DNA of 38,469 bases from Tubiluchus corallicola (GCA_030141605.1 JAQGDQ010002434.1:1-38469), one strand, 5' to 3'. Positions 1 to 10,384 are shown, counted from the first letter of the stretch. The notes: a model not told the origin generated them from the letters alone. Program-made: numbers and translations.

Positions 1-2
1 TG

Positions 3-1256
3 CACTATATATGGAAGTCTAAGCTGTTTCAATTGAGTGAAATGAAAACTCCAGATGGGCAGAAAGTTGAGGTAGTGCATTGTGGTGAGTATAACGAAAA
101 TGCAGGCCCTGATTTTTTAAACGCAAAAATAACTCTGGATGACAAGGTATGGGTCGGAAATGTAGAAATACACATAGATGCACAGGACTGGAAGAAGCAT
201 AGACATAATAACAATAAAGCCTATGACAATGTAGTGCTACACGTAGTATACAACAACAACTATCAGGCTATACGAAGTAACGGAGAGAAGATACCTACTG
301 TGGAGTTACAGTTTGATAAGAGCTTATATACTATCTATCAAAAACTAGTCGAGGGTAATAAATATTGGGTGGCTTGTGAGGATGTGCTTATGGAAGTGGG
401 AGAATTTCATATACGCCATTGGCTTACTACAGTCTATTTTCATAGGTTGGAGCAGAAGTATGCTTATATAAAGAATATTTTGAAAGAAACGGGCAATAGT
501 TGGGAGGAAACTTTTTACCAGCACCTCGCTCGTAATTTCGGCTTTAAAGTGAATGCCGAACCTTTTGAGCGTTTGGCAAGGTCGCTACCTTTGAAAATAT
601 TGGGAAAGCATAAGGATAACTTGTTGCAGGTAGAGGCCTTGTTGTTTGGACAGGCTGGATTTTTGGAAGAAGAGAAGAAGGATATGTATTATTTGCAATT
701 GAAAAAGGAATATTGCTTTTTGAGGAAAAAATATGCCCTGAAACCAATGGAACACCACCTGTGGAAGTTTATGAGATTGCGACCTGTGAATTTTCCAACT
801 ATTCGTATAGCCCAATTTGCTATGCTTATCTACAAGTCAAGAGCCTTGTTCTCAAAAATATTAGAGACAAACGACATTAATCAAATCTATAAGTTGTTGG
901 AAGTAAAAACTTCTGATTATTGGCAAGAGCATTATACTTTTGAAAAAAAATCGCCCAAAAAAACAAAAAAACTAGGCAAAATGTCTTGTCAGAATATTGT
1001 AATTAATACAGTGATACCTATTACTTTTCTTTATGGCTTGCAAAAAGATGCACAGTACTATAAAGATAGGGTAGTGAACTGGGCAGAGCAGGTAAAACCT
1101 GAAAAAAACCATATAATTAGCAATTGGCAAAAGCTGGGGATAAAAGTTGAAAACGCTTTATACTCTCAGGCTTTAATAGAAATGAAGAACAACTATTGTA
1201 ATAAGAAAAGATGTTTGGAATGTAATGTTGGGAATAAAATTATTTTGAAGAAATAG
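3..1256 (+). CDS. DUF2851 family protein (5' end lies before the window)
   Basis: Frame is open from nt 3 (HYIWKSKLFQL...), resembling the usual DUF2851 N-terminus. Family motifs present: GPDF, GNVEIH, YDNVVLHVV, EALLFGQAGFL, RLRPVNFPTIRIAQ and a C-terminal YC..KRCLEC. Confidence 0.9.
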   Translation, partial: HYIWKSKLFQLSEMKTPDGQKVEVVHCGEYNENAGPDFLNAKITLDDKVWVGNVEIHIDAQDWKKHRHNNNKAYDNVVLHVVYNNNYQAIRSNGEKIPTVELQFDKSLYTIYQKLVEGNKYWVACEDVLMEVGEFHIRHWLTTVYFHRLEQKYAYIKNILKETGNSWEETFYQHLARNFGFKVNAEPFERLARSLPLKILGKHKDNLLQVEALLFGQAGFLEEEKKDMYYLQLKKEYCFLRKKYALKPMEHHLWKFMRLRPVNFPTIRIAQFAMLIYKSRALFSKILETNDINQIYKLLEVKTSDYWQEHYTFEKKSPKKTKKLGKMSCQNIVINTVIPITFLYGLQKDAQYYKDRVVNWAEQVKPEKNHIISNWQKLGIKVENALYSQALIEMKNNYCNKKRCLECNVGNKIILKK

Positions 1257-1261
1257 TAGTT

Positions 1262-2272
1262 ATGCGAACATTTTTTGCTGCAATATTTTTGCTTGTTTTC
1301 ATTATTTTAGTAGGTGTTGTAGGATTCATCTTTTTTGAGGGCTATAGCCTTGTGGAAGCATTTTATATGGTGATTATTACAGTGTCTACTGTGGGGTTTA
1401 AGGAGGTGAGGGAATTATCTGATGCAGGAAGAATTTTTACTTCTATCTTGATATTATGTAATGTGGGAGTGATGGCTTATATTGGTATTATTTTTTCAAA
1501 ATATTTTTTTGGAGGAGTCTTAAAAAAGAATATTAAACAAATAAAAATGAATAATGATATTAAACAACTGAAAGACCACGTTATTGTGTGTGGGTTTGGG
1601 AAAGTAGGAAAGCAAGTAGCAATTGATTTGTGCGATGAGAAACAAAAATTTGTAGTGATAGATAACTCAGAGCTAAGAATAAAAAGGTTGAAAAAAGAAT
1701 GTTTGTCATTTCTTTACATAGAAGGTGACGCTACAAAGGATGATGTGCTGATGCAGGCAAATATAGATAAAGCTAAGGCTTTGATAACAGCTTTGCCCGA
1801 TGATGCAAGTAATGTATTTGTAGCACTTACGGCTAAAGGTATCAATCCTAATTTACGCATAGTGAGCGAGGCAGAAAATGCTAGTTCCAATTTAAAGCTA
1901 AAAAGAGCTGGAGCAGATAATGTAATAATGCCAAGTTCTATGGGAGGAAGACGTATGGCAAAACTGGTTGTGCAGCCCAATATTGTAGAGTTTGTTGAGA
2001 ATATCTTGACCTTGAATGAAAATGAAGTTAGCTTGTCGGAAATCTATTGCGGAGAAGGACAAAATGAAGAAAGCTATGGACCAAAGTCAATTAGGGAACT
2101 GCATATTAGAGGAAAATCAGGTGCAAATATCATTGGGCTTAAAAAAAAGGAAGGAGAATATGTGTTTAATCCCTCGCCTGATACAGTGCTAAATACAACA
2201 GATAGCCTTTTTGTTTTGGGCAACTCTAATCAGGTGAAATTGTTGAAGGAAATACTTTTTCATAAAGAATAA
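1262..2272 (+). CDS. Potassium channel family protein (2TM pore + TrkA-N/RCK + TrkA-C)
   Basis: Two hydrophobic helices flank pore loop ITVSTVGFKEV; Rossmann motif HVIVCGFGKVG; GDAT and RAGAD motifs; C-terminal TrkA-C-like domain. Confidence 0.9.
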   Translation: MRTFFAAIFLLVFIILVGVVGFIFFEGYSLVEAFYMVIITVSTVGFKEVRELSDAGRIFTSILILCNVGVMAYIGIIFSKYFFGGVLKKNIKQIKMNNDIKQLKDHVIVCGFGKVGKQVAIDLCDEKQKFVVIDNSELRIKRLKKECLSFLYIEGDATKDDVLMQANIDKAKALITALPDDASNVFVALTAKGINPNLRIVSEAENASSNLKLKRAGADNVIMPSSMGGRRMAKLVVQPNIVEFVENILTLNENEVSLSEIYCGEGQNEESYGPKSIRELHIRGKSGANIIGLKKKEGEYVFNPSPDTVLNTTDSLFVLGNSNQVKLLKEILFHKE

Positions 2273-2442
2273 TGCTAATTATTATTGGTTGTTGTTTTTT
2301 GTTTTTTTTTTTTTTTTTGTGTGTGGTTTTTGTGTGTTGGGTAAAAAGTGTTTTGCAAGAATGATGTACTACTTATTATCAGTTTTCTAGTACATTACCA
2401 AAATAATTTAGATTCATTTTTGCTATTTAAATGATTATAAGC

Positions 2443-2450
2443 TATCTTTG
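2443..2450 (+). promoter_or_regulatory. Bacteroidetes sigma70 -7 element (TATCTTTG)
   Basis: Matches TAnnTTTG with a TTTG about 21 nt upstream; lies 26 nt before the ATG at 2477. Confidence 0.55.
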
Positions 2451-2476
2451 TTCTAACTAATTAATTACGAAATTAT

Positions 2477-2890
2477 ATGAAAAGGACTTGTTTGATAGGA
2501 TTTAATTTGGTTTTTTTACTTCTTATTGTTACTTGTTCAAAAAAAGAAAGTAATCCACCTGTTGCTGTTCCTCAAATAAATAGCCTTAGTGTAATCCCAG
2601 ATACTTTTAAGGTAGGCGAGAAGATAACAGTAAATGCAACTGTAAAGGATGAAAAGGGGCTGCAATCTTATCAGATACTTATTGGATATGACGAATTAAA
2701 AGGAACAAATGAATTATTTATTGAGTTTGATTCTACCTATGTGTCTGATATCAAATCGGATGATATAAGCAAAGAATTTGATATTCCCGCTGAAACTAAA
2801 ATTTCACCTGCAAACGTTAGTTTAAGAGTAATTAATACCTCTAATAAAAGCAAAGTAAAAGTGTTGTACGATATAGGGGTTATTCAATAG
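2477..2890 (+). CDS. Small lipoprotein with Ig-like domain (DUF4625-like)
   Basis: Signal peptide II-like N-terminus (LLLIVTCSKKE); beta-rich body with FKVGEKITVNATVKDEKGLQSY pattern. Confidence 0.6.
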   Translation: MKRTCLIGFNLVFLLLIVTCSKKESNPPVAVPQINSLSVIPDTFKVGEKITVNATVKDEKGLQSYQILIGYDELKGTNELFIEFDSTYVSDIKSDDISKEFDIPAETKISPANVSLRVINTSNKSKVKVLYDIGVIQ

Positions 2891-2985
2891 ATCTATTTAA
2901 TATAATTATTAAGAAAAGTTGATTTTTTTATTTTCTTTGTTTCGGTTTTTATATATTTGAGTGATTAATAAATTTTATATTTTGT

Positions 2986-3594
2986 ATGAAAGGTAAAAAT
3001 GTTGAAGTGAAAAAATATTTAATTGTAGTTATTTCTTTTCTAATGGTTAGTAGCCTTCTAAAAGCTCAAGAAACATTTACAGATAATAGAGATGGGAAGT
3101 CATATAAAACAGTAGTTATTGGTAATAATGTTTGGATGACGGAGAATATGCAATACGAAACAATGGGGTCGTGGTGTTATGAAAACGAGAAGGCTAATTG
3201 TGTTAAATACGGTAGACTATATACTTGGGATATGGCTATTAGTGTTTGCCCAGCAGGTTGGCACCTACCTACTGAGAAAGAATGGCAGAATTTGGAAGTG
3301 TCTTTGGGTATTTCTTCTGACGAACTTGATGAAAGTGGGTTTAGGGGAGATAATCAAGCTACTTTGCTGAAAGTAGGAGGGAGCAGTGGTTTCGAAGCTC
3401 AATATGCGGGTTACAAGCCCTGGGTAGGTGGTTTTTATAATTTAAACCAACATGCTTATTTTTGGACTGCTACAATAGACGAGCAGGCTAAGAGCCTTAT
3501 AAAATACCGTTCTTTATTTACAGAAGAGGAACGTATAAATAAAGGAGAATTGGACAAAAAAAACGCTTTATCTGTTAGGTGTGTGAAGGATTAA
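2986..3594 (+). CDS. FISUMP (Fibrobacter succinogenes major paralogous domain) secreted protein
   Basis: Motifs FTDNRDGKSYKTVVIG, WMTEN, YGRLYTW, CPAGWHLPT..EW, SVRCVKD; Sec signal ending LKA/QE. Confidence 0.9.
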   Translation: MKGKNVEVKKYLIVVISFLMVSSLLKAQETFTDNRDGKSYKTVVIGNNVWMTENMQYETMGSWCYENEKANCVKYGRLYTWDMAISVCPAGWHLPTEKEWQNLEVSLGISSDELDESGFRGDNQATLLKVGGSSGFEAQYAGYKPWVGGFYNLNQHAYFWTATIDEQAKSLIKYRSLFTEEERINKGELDKKNALSVRCVKD

Positions 3595-3672
3595 GTAGTA
3601 ATTTTCAGGGCTATTCTTTGGCTTGCTCCATAGCTGTTAAGACAATTTCATAAAAAATCAAATAGACTGAAC

Positions 3673-3703
3673 GGGTTTCTTAAATCAAACAAGCCCATTT
3701 TTT
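3673..3703 (+). terminator. Possible intrinsic terminator after the FISUMP gene
   Basis: GGGTTT...AAGCCC stem followed by a T run. Confidence 0.35.
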
Positions 3704-3744
3704 GTGTTTTTCTTTTGCACAATGATACGAGGTATAGATTGTGG

Positions 3745-3830
3745 TAATGTATTAAGAGTTGGTAGTAAACAGTTATCTTGTGCGTTTAAGATTCCTGATA
3801 TTTTGCGACAACAAAATTCGGGAATGACAA
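3745..3830 (+). repeat. Dispersed MITE/REP-like element, copy 1
   Basis: 29-bp TAATGTATTAAGAGTTGGTAGTAAACAGT matches the reverse complement of 6276-6304 at 25/29 positions; followed by the hairpin GATTCCTGA...TCGGGAATGAC. Confidence 0.5.
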
Positions 3831-3919
3831 TGATATTATATAGTATTTTCTACCTTGTTAATAATAGCAAACACTACCAAAATAAAAACAATAACTTATA
3901 GTTACTCTTATTTAATTAC

Positions 3920-5917
3920 TCATTTCCCAACTCCAACACCTCGTAAAAACGGATAGCCTTCATTAATAACCCCTGTTTCATCTATATCCCAAATGGTACT
4001 AAAGTCCCATCCTTTCTTTTCAAACTCTTCTTTCTTTTTCATCAATTTTGTAGAAGAACCATTCTGACCTCCGCCATCGCCCCCACCACCAGAAAATTTA
4101 GCCTGCCCTGATGTTTCTAAATCATAATAACTATCTTTTATTTTGCCTTGTAGATGATTGTATCCCACAAAGCCGCCAAACTTATTATTAACAGGAGTGG
4201 TATTTTCTTTTACAAACCCTGTGGCATAGCAGTTTTCTATCCTAGAAACTGCTGCAGAATTTTCTCCTACCAGACCCCCTATGTAACATAAGGTAGATAC
4301 TACATTCTTTGCTTCAACACTTCCTCTTGAATAGCAGTTTTGTGCCGTAGCCTCTATAGGACCTCCATTAGTTCCAATAAGTCCACCAATACGACTATTT
4401 CCTATTACCTTACCTGTGGCATAGCAATTTTTTATTTTTTGTCCTTGCACTCCTACCAGTCCTCCAGCATGTGTCCTATTAGTTCCTTTAATGCAAGTTA
4501 CATCTGCTGTGCTATAACAATTATTTATTTCCCCATCATTCCAACTCACCAGACCACCAACATAGTCGATCCCTACTACACTTCCCGTAGAATAGCAATC
4601 ACTTATAAGTACATCAAAAATGTAACCAACCAGCCCCCCAACATGCTCTCCTCCATTTACTCCTATTGCTGACGTTTCTACACCTACATTCTTTATTACT
4701 ACGGCATCATCATTATTTTCTCCACTAGCATACCCAAATACTCCCGAAAACATCTGACTGGGACGATTGACACAGAAATTACTTATTACATAATATTGGC
4801 CATCAAACGTTCCCGTAAAAGGATCGGTGGAACTGCCTAAGGGGGAAAAACCAGAACTTGAAAAACCGTCTTCATTTGGATTGGGAAAAACAATATCGTT
4901 TTCTAAAATATAATCTCCTCCTAAATCATTTTTAATACCCTGTAAGTCTTGCCAACTTTTTACTTTGTACTGCTCTTTGAGAACAGTATAGTTAAAGTTG
5001 TTCCCTGCCAATACCAAAGAAGTCGCAACATCTCCATCTGGTATTGTTTTCCAACTATTAGAGGATAAGTTACTAGTTATAACTCCTTTACCATTCTCTA
5101 CAACAACCGTTCCACTCCCAGCACTTTCTGTCCCTATTTTCAATGTATAACTATAACTACCATCTGATAAATTACTTAACTCAAATAAGTCAGTTTTATC
5201 AAAATCGCCTGCTCCTATACGATTTGCTTCTTCGTAGTAGCTCACTGCTTTCAAAACAGGTTCTTTGCTACTAACTGTTGTTACCTTGTAAGTTTTTGTA
5301 ATTTTACCATCTTGAGTTGTTACTTCATAATGTACAGGGGTAGAAAAGTCTTTCTCTTTTTCACTTGGTGGGTTTACCGTGGCTCCTAATGATACGTTTA
5401 TAGTTGGGGTAAATTTGTTGCCCGTTACACCATAGGGCAGCATCATTCTTATATCAGTGTTCAATATATCTCCCTTCAAATCAGAGGTTAGCGAAGGGTT
5501 TTTTTCTACTTTAAATATAAAAGAAACAATTTCTGCCTTTTCACTTAAAGAAGAGATGGGTACTCTAACGGTATAAACTTTTTTTGCTATTCCATCTTCT
5601 GCAACCACGACATAGGATACAGAACTTGTAAAGTTTGCTACTTCACCTTTGGCAAGTCTTATTGTTGCTCCATCAGATATTTTTATAGTAGGTACTAATT
5701 TACTTCTGTCAGTACCATAAGCAACCTCATTTGTAGTTATATTTACACCTTCTATATGCCCAATTAAATCATTATCCAACATATCGTTGTTAGATGCTTC
5801 AAATATAAAAGAGCTAATCTCATTATCAGAAGATTTTGGAGCTTCTAACTCTTCTTTATTGCACCCAAATGCTAATGCAAAAAACAATAAAACAAAGTAC
5901 TTGAATTCAACTTTCAT
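3920..5917 (-). CDS. Surface lipoprotein with two DUF5018-like Ig repeats and a GLUG-motif domain
   Basis: Lipobox FALAFGC; two repeats of I.SFIF...L.PTI.IS.GAT..P...F...V.Y.V..EDG; FTGTFDG followed by repeated VGGLVG/CYSTGSV motifs; ends in WDF..IW...GYPFL. Confidence 0.8.
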   Translation of the reverse strand: MKVEFKYFVLLFFALAFGCNKEELEAPKSSDNEISSFIFEASNNDMLDNDLIGHIEGVNITTNEVAYGTDRSKLVPTIKISDGATIRLAKGEVANFTSSVSYVVVAEDGIAKKVYTVRVPISSLSEKAEIVSFIFKVEKNPSLTSDLKGDILNTDIRMMLPYGVTGNKFTPTINVSLGATVNPPSEKEKDFSTPVHYEVTTQDGKITKTYKVTTVSSKEPVLKAVSYYEEANRIGAGDFDKTDLFELSNLSDGSYSYTLKIGTESAGSGTVVVENGKGVITSNLSSNSWKTIPDGDVATSLVLAGNNFNYTVLKEQYKVKSWQDLQGIKNDLGGDYILENDIVFPNPNEDGFSSSGFSPLGSSTDPFTGTFDGQYYVISNFCVNRPSQMFSGVFGYASGENNDDAVVIKNVGVETSAIGVNGGEHVGGLVGYIFDVLISDCYSTGSVVGIDYVGGLVSWNDGEINNCYSTADVTCIKGTNRTHAGGLVGVQGQKIKNCYATGKVIGNSRIGGLIGTNGGPIEATAQNCYSRGSVEAKNVVSTLCYIGGLVGENSAAVSRIENCYATGFVKENTTPVNNKFGGFVGYNHLQGKIKDSYYDLETSGQAKFSGGGGDGGGQNGSSTKLMKKKEEFEKKGWDFSTIWDIDETGVINEGYPFLRGVGVGK

Positions 5918-6249
5918 TGCTACTGTATAAAACTACAAGCTATAATATAGTTATAATATAGTAAATAAAAAAATAAAAAACAAACATAATTCAAAAAAAT
6001 AAGACAATGACATACAATTTTAAATTCTTCTTATGAATCAAGTCCTAAATTAAAATTTCTGTGCAGTAGAGAACAAGTGCCCTTAAAGGATTTTGATAGA
6101 AAAATAAGCGGCAGGCGAAGCAATTATACTTTCTCACTGTTTGAGCCTTTTGAAAATAAGATATAATGAGTAAAAGAGAAGAAAAAAGCAGTATCAAACC
6201 AAAAAACAAACTTAAAGTAAATTAAGAGTTAAGAATTAAAAACGTATAA

Positions 6250-6304
6250 GACACCTGCCTTTGCAACTATGACATACTGCTTACCACCAACTTCTAATAC
6301 ATTA
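6250..6304 (-). repeat. Dispersed MITE/REP-like element, copy 2 (inverted relative to copy 1)
   Basis: Minus strand reads TAATGTATTAGAAGTTGGTGGTAAGCAGTAT then GTCATAGTTGCAAAGGCAGGTGTCT, which looks like a degenerate GTCATTCCTGCGAAGGCAGGAATCT-type palindrome. Confidence 0.5.
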
Positions 6305-6530
6305 TCTTTATCTTAGAGTTTGTAAGTATAAAAAACTGATTTTCAATAGAATGAGTCATTTTTACAGTTTTTGGCAAGCTTTTTTTCTTGCGGCTCTAAT
6401 ATCTATGGTTTCTCTTGTTGTCCTAAGGTTGTAGGGTAAATACAAAGCAAGGGCAGTAGATAGCGAACCTTCTTTATGCTCAAAATTAAAAATTAAAGCA
6501 TAAACCTATTACAGTTTTTAATTAAAAGCT

Positions 6531-6538
6531 TACCTTTG
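6531..6538 (+). promoter_or_regulatory. Bacteroidetes -7 promoter element (TACCTTTG)
   Basis: Matches TAnnTTTG 35 nt upstream of the ATG at 6574. Confidence 0.55.
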
Positions 6539-6573
6539 CAAGGTATTTGCCACCTGCTATATCACAAAATGAA

Positions 6574-7515
6574 ATGAAAAAAACAATACGAGTTTTTGTA
6601 TCTACTGTTTTAAAAGGTATGGCAATGGGGGCTGCTGATGTAGTTCCTGGTGTATCGGGTGGAACTATCGCTTTTATTACTGGTATTTATGAGGAGTTGA
6701 TTAATTCTATTAAATCCATTAATTATACCAACCTAAAATTAATTCTTAAAGCTAAGTTCAAAGAATTTTTTCAAGCTATTAATGGTAGGTTTCTTTTTAC
6801 TCTATTCTTTGGTATTGCTATTAGTATTATCACGCTTTCTAAGATAATTAGGCATCTTTTAAATGTATATCCCATTTTTGTGTGGTCGTTTTTCTTTGGG
6901 CTTATTGTAGCTTCTGCCATAGTAGTAGCTAAAAGAATTACAGAAAGAAATACTCATATTGTAATTGTTGTTTTACTTGGTGCCTTGTTTTCTTATTATG
7001 TTACAATTTTAAATCCTATTTCTACTGCTGAAAATTATCTCTTCATTTTTTTTACTGGAGCTATTGCTGTCTGTGCTATGATACTTCCCGGCATATCTGG
7101 AGCATTTATGCTGTTACTACTTGGCAAGTACACTTTTACTTTAGAAGCAGTTAATGAGCTCAGAATGGATATTATTATTACACTTGGGGCTGGTGCAGTT
7201 ATTGGATTGATTAGTTTTTCTAATTTGCTCTCGTGGTTATTGAAAAGGTATCATAACCTTACGATAGCTTTTTTGTCAGGTTTTATGATAGGTTCTTTAA
7301 ATAAAGTGTGGGTTTGGAAGCGTCCTTTGAAATATTATACTAATAGTAAGGGAGAGTTGAAACCTCTTATAGAAGAAAACGTATTACCAAGTACTTATGC
7401 ACAATTTACGCAGCAGGACCCAAAATTGTTTGGAGCTATTATATTTGCAATTGTTGGTTTTTTAGCAGTATATGGCATAGAAAAACTAGCAAGGAATAAG
7501 ACTACTAATAAATAA
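6574..7515 (+). CDS. DUF368 family membrane protein (undecaprenyl-phosphate translocase family)
   Basis: KGMAMGAADVVPGVSGGTIAFITGIYEELI and AMILPGISGA motifs; multiple transmembrane segments. ATG at 6574 preferred over TTG at 6547. Confidence 0.93.
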   Translation: MKKTIRVFVSTVLKGMAMGAADVVPGVSGGTIAFITGIYEELINSIKSINYTNLKLILKAKFKEFFQAINGRFLFTLFFGIAISIITLSKIIRHLLNVYPIFVWSFFFGLIVASAIVVAKRITERNTHIVIVVLLGALFSYYVTILNPISTAENYLFIFFTGAIAVCAMILPGISGAFMLLLLGKYTFTLEAVNELRMDIIITLGAGAVIGLISFSNLLSWLLKRYHNLTIAFLSGFMIGSLNKVWVWKRPLKYYTNSKGELKPLIEENVLPSTYAQFTQQDPKLFGAIIFAIVGFLAVYGIEKLARNKTTNK

Positions 7516-7575
7516 ATATACAGATAAGATGAAGCATAAGCGTTTGCTTTTGTTCCTACTAAAATAAAAAATAAT

Positions 7576-9180
7576 ATGAAAAAAATAAACGCCTTCCTTA
7601 TAACATTATTTCTCTCCCTCTCATATTTTCCACTGCAAGCACAGTTTATAGATAGAGATTCTCAAAAATTGACTTATGCTATTAATATTATTAAAACTTT
7701 TTATGTAGATACGATAAATTCCGGCGAGCTGGTAGAAAGTGCTATTGTTAAAATGCTTTCGGAGCTAGATCCTCACTCCTCTTATATTAGTGCTAAAGAT
7801 GTGGAAGAAATGAGCGAACCAATAATGGCCAACTTTGAAGGAATAGGTATAGAGTTTAATATTTTTAAAGATACTTTAATGGTTGTGCGAACTATACCTG
7901 GTGGCCCCTCTGAAAAGGTAGGTTTACGAGCAGGGGATAGAATAATAGAGATAAATAGTGAAAACGTAGCAGGTATAGGGTTGAAGAATAGTGAGGTGAT
8001 AAAAAAACTAAGGGGCGACAAAGGAACAGTTGTAACTATAAGGGTAAAAAGAAAGCGAGCAAAAACTTTTCTCTTTTTTAAAATTACACGCGATAAAATA
8101 CCTCTTTCAAGCATAGATGCAAGTTATTTGGTAAATAATGAGACTGGCTACATAAAAATAAACCGTTTTTCACTAAGTACGGGCAGAGAATTTGCTAGAG
8201 CTTTAGACAGTTTGCAAAAGCACAATATAAATAGCCTTATCATAGATTTAAGAGGTAATGGGGGCGGATTGCTTAGTGCTGCGATTAGCATAACGGAGCT
8301 GTTTTTACCTCCTAAAAATTTAGTGGTCTATACTGAGGGGATCAGAGCTCCTAAACAGGAATTTGTTTCCAAGAAAAGAACTGGGTTTAAAAAAGGGCAA
8401 ATTGTAGTTCTTTTAGATGAAGAAAGTGCTTCTGCAAGTGAAATTTTAGCCGGAGCCATACAAGATTGGGATAGGGGAGTGCTGATAGGACGCCGTTCAT
8501 TTGGCAAAGGCTTAGTGCAAAGGCAGTATTCACTATTTGATGGTTCGGAAATACGTCTTACTACTGCAAGGTATTACACACCTACGGGTCGCCTTATTCA
8601 AAAACCGTATGGTGAAGGAGTAAAAGAGTATAGGAGAGAATTGTATCATAGGTATGAAACAGGCGAATTATATGAGCAAGATAGCATTCCTCATTCACCT
8701 GACTCCCTGAAATATTATACTTTAAAGAATAATAGAGTTGTGTATGGTGGAGGGGGAATTACTCCTGATGTATTTGTTCCGTTAGATACTACTTATTTTA
8801 CGGATTATTATAGAAGTCTTATTGCTAATGCTATTATTATAGATTTTGTGTATAACTACGTAGATGTGAATAGGCAAAAACTGTTGGCAGAATATGAAAC
8901 TTTTGATAGTTTTAAAAATAATTTTGAGATTGGTGATGATGTTATAGAAGAGATAACGAAAAATGGTGAAAAAGATAGTATCACTATTAATGAAGAAGAA
9001 TTACAAATTTCACTGCCCCACATTAAACTGATAACAAAAGCCTATATAGCTAGTAATATTTGGGGACGTTCTTATTTCTTTGAGCTATACAATGAATTTT
9101 CTCAAGAGTACCAAGAAGCATTGAAGCTACTGGGCGATAAAAAGCGGTATAATTTATATTTGCGAGGATTAAAGAATTAA
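7576..9180 (+). CDS. S41 family C-terminal processing peptidase (PDZ + S41)
   Basis: LDPHSSY, FEGIGI, PDZ domain, DLRGNGGG, catalytic SASASEI, FGKGLVQ, ARYYTPTGR and GGGITPD motifs; Sec signal. Confidence 0.95.
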   Translation: MKKINAFLITLFLSLSYFPLQAQFIDRDSQKLTYAINIIKTFYVDTINSGELVESAIVKMLSELDPHSSYISAKDVEEMSEPIMANFEGIGIEFNIFKDTLMVVRTIPGGPSEKVGLRAGDRIIEINSENVAGIGLKNSEVIKKLRGDKGTVVTIRVKRKRAKTFLFFKITRDKIPLSSIDASYLVNNETGYIKINRFSLSTGREFARALDSLQKHNINSLIIDLRGNGGGLLSAAISITELFLPPKNLVVYTEGIRAPKQEFVSKKRTGFKKGQIVVLLDEESASASEILAGAIQDWDRGVLIGRRSFGKGLVQRQYSLFDGSEIRLTTARYYTPTGRLIQKPYGEGVKEYRRELYHRYETGELYEQDSIPHSPDSLKYYTLKNNRVVYGGGGITPDVFVPLDTTYFTDYYRSLIANAIIIDFVYNYVDVNRQKLLAEYETFDSFKNNFEIGDDVIEEITKNGEKDSITINEEELQISLPHIKLITKAYIASNIWGRSYFFELYNEFSQEYQEALKLLGDKKRYNLYLRGLKN

Positions 9181-9277
9181 AGTGTTGATTTGCAGCTTGT
9201 TATAGGGTTTTATATTTTCTTTATTTTTATAGATGGTGTATAAAGGAGATGGTGGTAAACGACAATCGTTTTTAGTC

Positions 9278-10384
9278 TTACAATATTCCTTTGGTGGAAG
9301 GTGTAGATAGGTTATTAACATCGCGACGAATAGCTGTTTTGATAGATTTGGCAAAGCACTTAAATATGGCTTCTATTTTATGATGCTCATTGCTACCTTC
9401 TGCTTTTATGTTGAGGTTACATTTTGCTGCATCACTAAACGACTTAAAAAAGTGAAAGAACATTTCAGTGGGCATTTCGCCTATCTTTTCTCTGTTAAAA
9501 TCAGCCTCCCATACCAACCAGTTACGTCCTCCAAAGTCTATAGCCACTTGGGCAAGGCAATCGTCCATTGGCAAGCAAAATCCATATCTTTCTATGCCTA
9601 TTTTATTGCCCAAAGCCTTTAAAAAGGTTTCTCCAATAGCAATAGCTGTATCTTCTATGGTATGATGTTCGTCTACTTCTAAATCTCCTTTTACTCTAAC
9701 GGTTAAGTCCACTCCTGAATGTTTGCCTAATTGTTCTAACATATGGTCAAAAAAGGAAATGCCAGTGTTTATATTTGTTTTGCCACTACCGTCTAAACTT
9801 AACTTTACATTGATGTTTGTTTCCTTAGTTGTTCTTTGTGTTTCTGCATAACGATTTTTTAACCTAAGAAATTTATATATTGTTTCCCAATCAGTAGTTT
9901 GTAGAGCAACATAGTCCTCTAATTGTTTATCTATTGTGGTTTTGTTTATAAATATACCTTGTGAATGCAGATTTTTTGCCAGTTCTATATCTGTGGTTCT
10001 ATCTCCTATTACAAAGGAATTCGCAAGGTCGTAATTGCCTTCCATATATTTGGTTAGCATACCTGTTCGAGGCTTGCGGGTAGGAGCATTGTCGTCTGGA
10101 AAAGACCTATCTATAAGTATATCTGCAAATGTAATCCCTTCATTTTCAAAGGCTTGTATTATTTTGTTATGTGTAGGGTGAAAAGTGTTTTCGGGAAAAG
10201 AAGATGTTCCCAGTCCATCTTGGTTGCTTACCATTACTAATTCATAGTCTAATTCCTTTACTATGCGAGAAAGGTATTGAAACACTTTTGGGAAAAATTC
10301 CAATTTTTCCAAACTGTCTAACTGTTCATCTTCTGGCTCTATTACTAATGTACCATCTCTGTCTATAAATAGGACTTTTTTCAT
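9278..10384 (-). CDS. hisB: Bifunctional histidinol-phosphatase / imidazoleglycerol-phosphate dehydratase
   Basis: HAD motif FIDRDGT, SNQDGLG, RKP, IGDR; dehydratase motifs [32 protein letters not shown]. Confidence 0.97.
   Translation of the reverse strand: MKKVLFIDRDGTLVIEPEDEQLDSLEKLEFFPKVFQYLSRIVKELDYELVMVSNQDGLGTSSFPENTFHPTHNKIIQAFENEGITFADILIDRSFPDDNAPTRKPRTGMLTKYMEGNYDLANSFVIGDRTTDIELAKNLHSQGIFINKTTIDKQLEDYVALQTTDWETIYKFLRLKNRYAETQRTTKETNINVKLSLDGSGKTNINTGISFFDHMLEQLGKHSGVDLTVRVKGDLEVDEHHTIEDTAIAIGETFLKALGNKIGIERYGFCLPMDDCLAQVAIDFGGRNWLVWEADFNREKIGEMPTEMFFHFFKSFSDAAKCNLNIKAEGSNEHHKIEAIFKCFAKSIKTAIRRDVNNLSTPSTKGIL

Noticed and set aside
3704-3901. 65-aa ORF between the FISUMP and GLUG genes
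   Set aside because: It runs through a repeat/hairpin element and has no protein-like features.
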